Assembly (NCBI GenBank): GCA_016700015.1
Contig: CP064995.1
Span: forward strand, 960,001 to 992,000
Source of the DNA: Candidatus Saccharimonadota bacterium
GTDB taxonomy: Bacteria; Patescibacteriota; Saccharimonadia; Saccharimonadales; Saccharimonadaceae
Reading direction: 5' to 3'
DNA length: 32,000 bases
The notes beneath the pieces are model-generated. The model was given only the letters and a program-made list of their open reading frames with translations, did not search any database and was not told the DNA's origin. Both the position numbers and the translations under genes were made by a program. Positions 1-9,200 of this stretch are shown here, piece by piece; the first letter of the stretch is position 1; each line of letters opens with the position of its first letter.

Positions 1-161
1 GCTACAGGCGCGCCACGAGCTTTGTCGCGCTCATTCATTTCGCGTAAGATGTTGCGCGACTCGATAATCGCTTTGTTGGCGCGCCATTTTTCGATAAGAC
101 TGACAAGGTAAAGGAACGTAATGATAATGGAGATAATTGTCAGTGCAATCAGGTAAGGCAT
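1..161 (-). CDS. hypothetical small membrane protein, N-terminal part only (gene runs off the left edge)
   Basis: ATG at 159-161 (minus) opens a frame with no stop down to position 1: MPYLIALTIISIIITFLYLVSLIEKWRANKAIIESRNILREMNERDKARGAPV. The first ~21 residues form a hydrophobic helix. It is absent from the ORF track because no stop lies in the window. No clear SD. Confidence 0.3.
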   Translation of the reverse strand, partial: MPYLIALTIISIIITFLYLVSLIEKWRANKAIIESRNILREMNERDKARGAPV

Positions 162-275
162 GAGTGGCTCTATCAAAGCTTTGACATCGAACATTGAGCT
201 GAGCGAGCCTGACGAAGAAGAGTCTTTCGAGGCACTATCGAGGAGAGATTGAAGTGTTGCAGCATCCATATACGT

Positions 276-284
276 AGCATACCA
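276..284 (-). promoter_or_regulatory. candidate extended -10 element (TGGTATGCT) just downstream of the prs stop
   Basis: The minus strand reads CGTTTATGGTATGCTACG. It shares the TTATGGTA core seen at other gene starts in this window and could drive the ORF starting at 161. Confidence 0.25.
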
Positions 285-290
285 TAAACG

Positions 291-1274
291 CTATACAAAG
301 TTTGCCGATACCGATTCGTTGTGGTAGATACTGCGGATGGCTTCGCCGACGAGCGGTGCGACGCTAATGACATCGATTTCCTCTGGCGGCATATGAGAGG
401 GCAGTTTGAGCGTGTCGGTAACGGCCACTCGCGCGATTACTCCGCTGCTTTTGGCGTGCAGTAAGCGTTCTGTTGCAGGGTCAGATAGCACACCGTGGGT
501 AGCGACGACAGTGACTTCCTTGGCACCTTGTTTTATGAGCGCCTCGGCGCCTTCGACGATCGTGCCTGCGGTATCAATCATATCGTCAATGACAAAACAG
601 CGCATGCCAGCCACCTGCCCGATAATCGCCATAACCTCTGCTTTATTAGCGCCAGTGCGCATTTTGTCGATGATAGCCCGCGGTTTATTAAAGCGTGCCG
701 CATAGCGACGGTTGAGTTTGGCACGGCCCGAATCGGGTGATACGATTACCACATCGTCCGGGTCACCGCCATCTATTAAACTGCGTAAATAATCCTGGAT
801 GGCGGGGTGAGCGGGGATAGCAGTGTACTCTGTTGTAAAGTCTGCTAGAAAACCAGCCGATTGACCTGCGTGAGGATCGACTTCTAAAATACGGTTCGCA
901 CCAGCCATCGCCAGAAACCGCATGGCGAGCGGACCCATATAGGATTCATGAGAATTATCGGGTCGATCGGCCCTACCATAGCCGCGGTAGGGAACGACAG
1001 CAGTAACATCTCGTGCTGAAGCGCGACGGGCAGCATTGATAATAGCTGCTTGCTCCACCAGATGTTCATTAACAGATGCACCGTGAGACTGAAACACAAA
1101 CACGTCTGCGCCACGTACTGTGGGTACCTCGACTTTAAGTTCGGAATTTGCAAAGCGAGTTAGCCGTACATCGTGGACGTGCAGATGCAGGTAATCACCA
1201 ACCTTTTTAGTGAATTCAGGGCTGTAGCTTCCGCTCAGCAAAACAGGTCGTGTGCGTATCTTACGTTCTTTCAT
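291..1274 (-). CDS. prs: ribose-phosphate diphosphokinase (PRPP synthetase)
   Basis: Prs hallmarks are present: VVPYRGYGRADRP (the PYxxYxRQDR-type region), VIVSPDSGRAKL, and the PRPP loop FVIDDMIDTAGTIVEGAEALIKQGAKEVTVVATHGVLS. I prefer the ATG at 1274 (MKERKIRTRPVLLSG...) over the upstream in-frame start at 1316. Confidence 0.9.
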   Translation of the reverse strand: MKERKIRTRPVLLSGSYSPEFTKKVGDYLHLHVHDVRLTRFANSELKVEVPTVRGADVFVFQSHGASVNEHLVEQAAIINAARRASARDVTAVVPYRGYGRADRPDNSHESYMGPLAMRFLAMAGANRILEVDPHAGQSAGFLADFTTEYTAIPAHPAIQDYLRSLIDGGDPDDVVIVSPDSGRAKLNRRYAARFNKPRAIIDKMRTGANKAEVMAIIGQVAGMRCFVIDDMIDTAGTIVEGAEALIKQGAKEVTVVATHGVLSDPATERLLHAKSSGVIARVAVTDTLKLPSHMPPEEIDVISVAPLVGEAIRSIYHNESVSANFV

Positions 1275-1280
1275 ACCACT

Positions 1281-1324
1281 ACTATAGCAGATAGACTTAT
1301 AGTGTAAAATAGACACTTAGTCAA
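1281..1324 (-). promoter_or_regulatory. candidate prs promoter(s)
   Basis: The minus strand has TTGACT(1319-1324)-17 nt-TATAAG(1296-1301). It also has an extended -10, TGCTATAGT (1281-1289), followed by exactly 6 nt (AGTGGT) and the prs ATG, i.e. leaderless geometry. Confidence 0.4.
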
Positions 1325-1356
1325 ATCAATTTGACGACGATGACTCCTATGGTGTA

Positions 1357-1385
1357 TTGGCAGCCCATACCACTTATGGTATGAT
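1357..1385 (+). promoter_or_regulatory. sigma70-type promoter with extended -10
   Basis: TTGGCA (1357-1362), a 17-nt spacer ending in TGG, then TATGAT (1380-1385). A GGGAG SD lies about 8 nt before the ATG at 1417. Confidence 0.45.
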
Positions 1386-1416
1386 GTACTACAAGTAAGC
1401 ATATAGGGAGATCTAC

Positions 1417-1980
1417 ATGGAGACATTTTCTGGGCGTGGCAGTCGCCAGCCAGTACCACACCGCGAACCAGCTACGCATCATGAACCCGAAATGGCAGTT
1501 CCTGAGCCTGCCGCACCACAGCATTCATACGTACCGCGTAGCCCACGAGTGACTGAAAAGGCCAAGAAGAGCTGGCTCATGAAGGCGGTTATAGTCGTTG
1601 TGCTCTTGGGCGTGCTTGCCGCAGGTGTTTGGGGATACAATACACTCACACAGGGTCAACTGATTGATACTGGAAAGTATCAGGCGGTATTCTTGACGAA
1701 TGGCCAGGTATATTTTGGCAAGCTAAGTCGAGTGAGCGGTGATACCTATAAACTTAACAAAATCTTCTACCTTCAGGAGAATCAGACTGCAAGTGATTCT
1801 AATAACCCACAGAAAACCAGTGCCACAAACACCGACGTACAGCTCATTAAGCTCGGCAATGAAGTACATGGGCCAGATGATCAGATGGTCATCGATAAAT
1901 CCCAAGTTCTGTTTTACGAAAATCTCAACAAAGATGGTAAAGTCAGCAAATCGATTGCTGAATACTACGCCAAGAAGTAG
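1417..1980 (+). CDS. hypothetical single-pass membrane protein (Pro/His-rich cytoplasmic N-terminus, one TM, ~110-aa ectodomain)
   Basis: Has a promoter and SD upstream. TM segment: LMKAVIVVVLLGVLAAGVWGY. Its stop is 2 nt from the next ATG. No family recognised. Confidence 0.6.
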   Translation: METFSGRGSRQPVPHREPATHHEPEMAVPEPAAPQHSYVPRSPRVTEKAKKSWLMKAVIVVVLLGVLAAGVWGYNTLTQGQLIDTGKYQAVFLTNGQVYFGKLSRVSGDTYKLNKIFYLQENQTASDSNNPQKTSATNTDVQLIKLGNEVHGPDDQMVIDKSQVLFYENLNKDGKVSKSIAEYYAKK

Positions 1981-1982
1981 CG

Positions 1983-2507
1983 ATGCTGCGCGAGCTAAAG
2001 GGCGGGCCATCCACCCATAAGGGTCAGAAGCGCTATAAACGCCGCCGGGTGCTCAGTACGGTCATTATCACGCTAGCGACTATTATGGTAGTTGGCGCCA
2101 TACTAATAGCGGTATACCTATGGTACCAAGGCCAGCAGGCGGACGTAAAAGTAACTGACCCTGCACCGAAGGTCACCAATGTTATAAAAGAACCAGTGCC
2201 GATTGCAAAAAATCAAAAGACGGGTGTGTATATTACTGAGCTGACAAGTCCTATTACAGCTGGGTCAAATGCAACGGCCAGTATCCGTACTTTACCGCAA
2301 GCCGCCTGCAGCATTGAAGTGATTTATGACAATCTTAAGAGTACTGATACCGGACTGATGCCAAAGACTGCTGACGAGTATGGGGTGGTTCGCTGGAGTT
2401 GGAAAGTCGAGCAGGGGCAGCCGGTGGGTAAGTGGCCGGTCAACATTACGTGCGCACTCAATGGGTCGTCTGGTTATATGCGTGGCGAACTGGTTATTCA
2501 GCGCTAG
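1983..2507 (+). CDS. hypothetical single-pass membrane protein with a small beta-rich ectodomain
   Basis: Junction TAGCGATG with the upstream ORF. Basic N-terminus (KGQKRYKRRR) followed by the TM VLSTVIITLATIMVVGAILIAVYLWY. No family recognised. Confidence 0.6.
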   Translation: MLRELKGGPSTHKGQKRYKRRRVLSTVIITLATIMVVGAILIAVYLWYQGQQADVKVTDPAPKVTNVIKEPVPIAKNQKTGVYITELTSPITAGSNATASIRTLPQAACSIEVIYDNLKSTDTGLMPKTADEYGVVRWSWKVEQGQPVGKWPVNITCALNGSSGYMRGELVIQR

Positions 2508-2516
2508 TGTCCGGTG

Positions 2517-3194
2517 TTATTGCAAGGCGGCGATATAAGCCACCCACTGGTCATTACTCAGTTTGGTCGAAGATTTAATAAGGAGTAGTGTCTTGTCGAT
2601 AAAAAAGAGCAGTGATTGCGGCCCCTTTGAAGATGTCCCAACATAGACGGTGCGATTGTTGACAGTGATATGTTCGTTGGCGCCATAGTTTTGCGCCAGC
2701 TCTTTTAACTGATCTTCGGGGTCGTCTTTGAATGAGTCAGGCATAGCCTGCTGGCTGACGATGAGTTGAATCGCACCGATTGTATCGGTGTAAGCGTAGA
2801 CTGGGTTGCTAGACGACGGACTGACGCGCGTCCAGCCCCCCAGTTGTTCGATCGTTTTGCCTTTGGGAAGGTAGGTTGTATAGCTGGGTGTTCCCTTTTC
2901 GAGTGGCGAGCCATTGCTTATGCTGTGTGTCTGGTTTGAGTGCGGTGGCGAAGTTGAGGGCAAGGCTGGCCGGTTTAGTTGTGCAATTGCAAACCACGCC
3001 ACAGCTATACAGACAAGTCCGATAACAATGCGGCGATGGTGCCGCACCCAGGCGGCAACCACTCGCAGTCTTGAGATGAGATTGCGTCGTGGCGTTTGGT
3101 ACAGTTGCTTTTTGACCGGCCTATGCGGTTGCGATCCATACGAGGGCATGGATGGTTCTTTGGGGCTGATTCTTCGGGGTGTAAAGTCTATCAT
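2517..3194 (-). CDS. hypothetical single-pass membrane protein, translationally coupled to the 2174-aa giant
   Basis: The ATG at 3194 is preceded by TAAGGAACC, so the giant's stop codon overlaps an AAGGAA SD (6-nt gap). Pro/Arg-rich N-terminus, TM IVIGLVCIAVAWFAIAQL, ~140-aa ectodomain. Confidence 0.6.
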   Translation of the reverse strand: MIDFTPRRISPKEPSMPSYGSQPHRPVKKQLYQTPRRNLISRLRVVAAWVRHHRRIVIGLVCIAVAWFAIAQLNRPALPSTSPPHSNQTHSISNGSPLEKGTPSYTTYLPKGKTIEQLGGWTRVSPSSSNPVYAYTDTIGAIQLIVSQQAMPDSFKDDPEDQLKELAQNYGANEHITVNNRTVYVGTSSKGPQSLLFFIDKTLLLIKSSTKLSNDQWVAYIAALQ

Positions 3195-3200
3195 GGTTCC

Positions 3201-6200
3201 TTAGTTTTTATAATAAGGTGTATCAACGGGCATTTGGAGGCCGCCAGTAAAAGTGCGCCCGTGCATGAGGCGTTTGCTTGGGTCGGCGGTAAACTGGAGT
3301 GTCAAGTCGGTGATGGTCGGGCCGCGGCTGACGTCATCGGGGTAGCCAAAGGCCTGCGAACTGTCAACAGTCACGTTAAAGAAGAAATACCGTCCGCATT
3401 TGATGTCGGTGCCGCTACCATCTTTCACCACGTACGACCCGGGCGTCCCAAGTGTGACGTTACCGAAGTTTGTTTCTTGGCCCCACGTACTCATAGTCGC
3501 GCAGCGGTTAGCGGCAGTAATGTTTTGGTTGGCCATACTGCGGTATTTGAGTTGCCAGCGAGCGCCGATAGAGTTGTCGACACCATTTAACAGCCAGGCA
3601 TTGGGGAAGACATCTGAGTCGGTATCGATCATGATGGAGTACTTTGCGACTTGAGGCTGAGATAGCAGAGCGGTCTGCTGGACAGTGTTGGCTGAAGCGG
3701 GGTAGCTCACGGTTGTGCCGCATCCGCCGCCGAGCACATAGAGTTTGCCGTCGCTATAGGCAGCGGCAGCACCGTAGCGGTTTCCGGTGAAGCGCTGGTT
3801 GGTTGTCGACCACTCGCCGACGCCGGTCGGGTTGTTGCCGCTGGCAATGGTCGTGTTGGCACTAACTGGTGCGAGGAGTGTGCTGGGCGCGCACGTCGTG
3901 GCACTATCGCGTCCGCCGATTAGGTAAATATATCCATTTGCCGCGACGGCATCAGCTTGCGACAATGATTTCGGCAGGCTGGTGGTATAGGTCCAGCTGC
4001 CAGTGATAAGGCCGGCATTTGCCGGGATACTACTTCCGCTGTCGATTTGAGCATATTGGACATCGCTCAAGTAATTGGTGCCATCGAAGCCGCCAAATAC
4101 GTATAAGTTGTTGGCGTAGGCGACCACGGCAGCTCCGCTCCGAGCAACGTTGATACTGGTACTAGCCGTCGACCAGGCGCCGGTGATGTCACCACCATTG
4201 TTGAGTTGGGGACTGACATAGACGGTCGCGGTATCAGTGTAATTGCCATATCCGATCACGACCGTGCCATCTGTGCCATTGGTGCCGGTAGCTGTAGTCG
4301 TGCCGGTACCGCCAACACCGGCGTTTCCTCTCGTTGCATCAGTGCTATTACCTGGAGTTGTGCCACTAGCAACCGTTTGGGTCGTGCCAATACTTGAGCC
4401 ACCACCGCCACCACCGCTACCACGGTTGGTACCAGACGCAGCACTACCACCGCCACCACCACCAAAGGCACCGCCACCACCACCGCCACCACCGACACAT
4501 ATCACCGCGCTACCTCCACTACCGCCCGCGCCAGTGCCGCCGTTGCCGCCACGAGTAGTAACGGCAGTTGGACAGGTTGCCGCTGAGCCGCCCGCATCGC
4601 CACCAAGATTTGCCGCACCTGAATTACCAGCTGTACCTGTTGTACCTGCTGCTCCGCCGGTACCGCCAGTGGTGAAGCCACCACCACCGAAGCCACCACC
4701 GCCAGTGCCACCGCCAGCCGTTCCGTTGCCGGCTGTCGCCGACGCGCCACCACCTGGACCACCATTACCACCCGCTGCTGTGCCAAAGGCGCCACCGCCC
4801 CCACCCCCACCACCTGCTTGCAGTAAATATGTCGTGCTGCGTAGGAGTGCCGAAAAGCCCCCACCCCCACCACCATTACCGGTTGCTTTGCCAGCCGTTC
4901 CGACGTTGACAGTGAGTGTTTCACCAGAAGTGACGGTAATCGTTGATTGGCTAAAGCCACCCCCACCACCATTACCGCCCGCGCCAGTGCTACCACTTCC
5001 GCCACCCCCGCCACCCCCAGCTCCCCATGCCTTCACGGTCAATGAAGAAACACTGGTCGGTACTGTGTAGCTGGCAGTTCCAGCGGTATTATAAATTACT
5101 TGGTTAGCTGTGCCAGTATTACCAGCGACGACATAGAGACGATTATTCCAGACCGCTGCCCCAAATTGTGTGCGCGAGGCGGGTAGACTAATAGTAGTGG
5201 TCGACCAACTAGGTATACTGCCTGTCGATGGAGTGGCGTAGTAGATGGTCGATTGACTGGCACCGTTGGTGTCTTGGCCCCCTACATAGTAAAGTGAACC
5301 ACCGGCAACAAGTAGCTTGCCCCATGCACGTGCACTAGGTAGAGAAGCTGTACTAGTCCAGCTACCAATGTTGCCATAGGCGTCGAGCTGCGCATACGAC
5401 ACATCTGCGGTTGGTGATGTGCAGTCAGACGTACCCGTACACCCCCCAGCGGCGTATAGGTAACCATTTGCAACCACGCTACTCACCCCTAGGCGATTAG
5501 GACTGGTAGCGTAGGTGTTGGCGGCGTTGGTGTAGCCAGCGGGTGTGCCGCTATCGTTGTTGTATATCTGAAAAGTTTGGATGACGTCGGTACGGGTTGT
5601 GCAGCCGCCTGGGCTAGCACCGGCTGTACAGCCGCCGATAACGTAGGCGTAGGAGTTGGAGATTGGTACGGTCAGTCCCCAGCGCTGGTTGATTTCGACG
5701 GCCGAGACAACCCAGCCACTCACGAGCGCGCCGGTACTGACGTCAATTTTGATAAATTCGATATCGGCGAGGACACCGATCACGGCTTCGTACCCGCCGA
5801 CAGCGTAGAGGTAGCCGTTGTAACCGAACGCCGCTGAGCGGCGGCGGCCGACTGCCATTTGGTAGGGTGATTCGGTCCAGCCGCCGGCTCCGGCAGTGAC
5901 GATATTGTTGTTGCTATCGATTTTGGCATAGCGGACGGTTTTGAGGTCGACAAGATTTGGTGAAACGCCGCCAATGAGGTAGATATAATTTGCATAGACA
6001 GTTCCGCTCATAATACCAAGGCCGGCAGCAGTGTCGCCTGGCAAAATGCCAATCTGCTGCTGACCAGTAGTTGTGCAGCTGGCGATTGTACCGGCGGCCT
6101 GGATGTTACATTTATAGACATTTTGGCTGTAGGCAGTACATCCCGCACTCGAACTTGAGCTGCACCCCCCGAGGATATAGAGATTACCGGGATTGTTGGT

Positions 6201-9200
6201 TGCATCGGCTGGATTTGCGCGGGCGAATGAATACAAGTACGAAACGCTATTAACTCCAAGACCTGTCAGTGTTTGGGTTGACCAGGTACCGAGGCTGCCG
6301 TCCGCTTGGTTGATGTCGGCACGTAGCAAGTCATTGGTATTGGCACTGCCGTCGAGTCCGCCGACAATGTAGATGCGTCCATTGAAGACAACAGGACTGC
6401 CAGCGGCAATATTGGTGGGAGTCGTGTTGGTAGTGTCAACGCACCACATGCCACCTTGAATTGTCCGTGGTGCCGGGCACGTGGTGGGTTTGCTCATCGT
6501 GCCGGTAGAGGAAATCGCAGCATAAGCGGTTGTGTTGAGGGTTGTGCTACACGTGTTGTTGGTGCAGCCGCCAATAAGATAAAGATACCCGTTTGAGATA
6601 AACGATACTGTGAGCATATTGCCGATGTAAGTGGTACCCGGTAGATTACACCTGCTTGGTGATCCGCCGCTACACGGCGCTGTACCGTTCGCAACTGACG
6701 CGCCAACTGTGCTCGCATCACCATCTTGATTGATCGTGCCGTATGAAACGGCATTGGTCGGTGTTGTGCAGGCACCGGTCGTAGTATTTTGCGTCGTACA
6801 GCCGCCGACATGGTAAATAATATTACGCCAAGCCAAAAGACTTTGACCCGTGCGCTGGTCGCTGAGGGTACCGATGGCATTCCAGGTATCGATGCTTCCA
6901 TCGGCGTTGATACTTGCAACATCTGAGTCGGACAGGATGCTTGTACAGTATCCGCTGGCGTTGACAGTGCCACAGCCTCCCGAGGTGTACAAGTAGGCTC
7001 CCCAAACTGTGGTGAAAGTACCGCCATTGCTCATTCTGCCGCTACCCATGCTCGTCGTTTGAACCCAACTATTGAGCGTGCCGGTGCTATTGATCTTGTT
7101 GAAATAGACGGTGCTGAGCGGCGCACCGCCGACCGAACTAGCGCCGCCAACGATGTAGAGGCGGTCGTTGTAGACAAAGGAGCCGTGATTGTAAAGGTTG
7201 TAGGGGAGTGTCGCCGAAGTGCTCCACGAGCCAAGTCGGCCAGTCGGCTGGATGTCGGCGATTTCAACCGTATTTACCACGGTGGTGCCGGTGGTGCGGC
7301 CGCCAATGATATACATACGGTTATTGTAGGCGATAGCGGTGAGTCCAGATCGGACGGTACTAAGACCGGTGTCGGTATACCAGTAGCTCCACGTTGTTTT
7401 GTTTGGATCGGTTGCTGGGTCCCAAGTTGGGTTCCAGAGTTGGGGCTCGCCGCTGGCACCAAGTTTTGCAATGTAGATGGTACTTTGTGGAGAGCCGGCG
7501 TTGTTGAAACCGCCGACGACATATAAGAAGCCGTTGTAAGCCACCATGCTGAAATTAGTTCGCGCTTGTGGCAAATTGTAGGCCGCGTCGGTACACCAAC
7601 CGCTACAGCTACCATTACCGGGATTAGGGCTCACGAGGGTGCCATCGGTTGTGCTGAGCTGCATCCAGTTGACAGCGGCCGTTGGCGTCGTGCCGCCCGC
7701 GCCATAGTTAATCACGACGATACCGTTACTACCGCCAGTACCGGTACTACCAGTTGCTCCTGCGTTACCACCCTGACCAGCACCGGCGCGGTCGGCATCG
7801 GCTGAATTGCCCGGTGTCGCACCGCTCCCCGCGTTAAGCGTGAGGCCTGTGCCATAGCTTGAGCCACCACCTCCACCACCGGCACCAGAGCCGCTTGATG
7901 AGCTTGAGCCACCACCTCCACCGAAGTAACCCGCTCCACCACCACCTCCACCAGCACGACTGGTCGCGATAGCTCCACCACCGTTACCACCACTAGCAAG
8001 ACCACCGCTTGCGCCACTTCCGTCGGTTGTGCCGCTGGTGCGGCCATCACCACCAAGACCACCAGTTAGTGAGCTACCTGCCGAACCGGCATTTGTCCCA
8101 CCGGTACCACCTGCGCCGCCAGCTGATTGGGTGCCAGCACCACCGCCACCACCAGCACCAGATGTTGAACCAGCAACACCAGTTGTACCGCCACCAGCCC
8201 CACCAGCCCCACCGGTGTTACCGGCGGAGTTACGGCCACCACCACCACCTCCACCACCGGCAGCGATTGCCAGCGCTGTTGTGCCTCGGTAAATGCTTGA
8301 ATACGCCCCACCTCCACCTCCACCACCGGCAGTGTTGCGAGTACCGGCTGAACCACCACCACCAACATAGACAGTTAAGGTTTCTCCGGGGGTAACACTG
8401 ATCGTGCCAGTTGCTTCACCAGCCCCGCCACCCGTACCACCGGCAGCAGCTGAGCCGCCAGCCCCACCTCCACCACCACCACCCCATAGTTTGACAGTGA
8501 GCGAGGTGACGCCACTTGGCACTGTAAAGCTACTTGCTCCCTGTGTCGTATAGACTTGGCCGTTTTGCGAAATACCACCGGCTGAATAGAGGTAGCCACC
8601 GGCGATAGCGGTACCGCCTGCCCAGTTGGACTGCGATAATTGCGTCGTCGCATTCCAGCTATTGAAGCGGGCGCCAGTAGTCGGACTCTTACGGATCAGC
8701 TTGTCGGCCACGTCAAAGTCGATGTTGGTTTCGTTGTTACCATTCATAAATTGCTGGGCGGTGACAATGTAAATGCTTGGGTCGATGGAAAGCGGGAAAT
8801 TGGCTTTTGCGAGGCCCGTCGCTCGAACGGTCAGCGTGGTTTTGTTGAGTTCAAACTCGGCTTTTACGACCGAAATTTGTCGACCTGATTCGATAACTAT
8901 TGGTTTGGGGATGACAAAGAGCAGCAGGTTTTTTGCGGCATTTGCACGAGCTTTTTCGAGGAGCGACGCATCGGCATCGGTCGCGGCCGTGATATTGTTC
9001 ATAAAAACTTGGTTACCATAGATACCAATACTCCCATCAGCTTCTTTACGAGCTTCGGTACCGCTAGGTAGCGTGAGCTTATACGATAACTGGTAGCTAT
9101 CGCCAGTTGCGTGTGTCAAGACGATATCCTCTTTGACGCCGGTGCCGCTGGCGGTGTAGATCAGCCAACCGCTATGGTCACGGAATGGATACACCACGCG

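Noticed and set aside
406-740. Plus-strand ORFs of 99 and 81 aa
   Set aside because: They are antisense to prs, which has unambiguous family motifs.
4243-5070. 275-aa proline-rich ORF on the plus strand
   Set aside because: It is the antisense shadow of the GGN-codon tract of glycine-rich domain 2 (the complement of GGN is NCC, i.e. Pro). It has no start context and lies wholly inside a well-supported 6.5-kb gene.
8009-8395. His/Gln/Arg-rich (8009-8395) and Pro-rich (8029-8292) plus-strand ORFs
   Set aside because: These are antisense or alternative-frame shadows of glycine-rich domain 1. Their low-complexity composition is dictated by the opposite strand.
4240-8570. Periodic Gly-codon tracts as a possible CRISPR-like or satellite repeat array
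   Set aside because: The periodicity is at the codon level inside one continuous reading frame. There are no fixed-length direct repeats separated by unique spacers.
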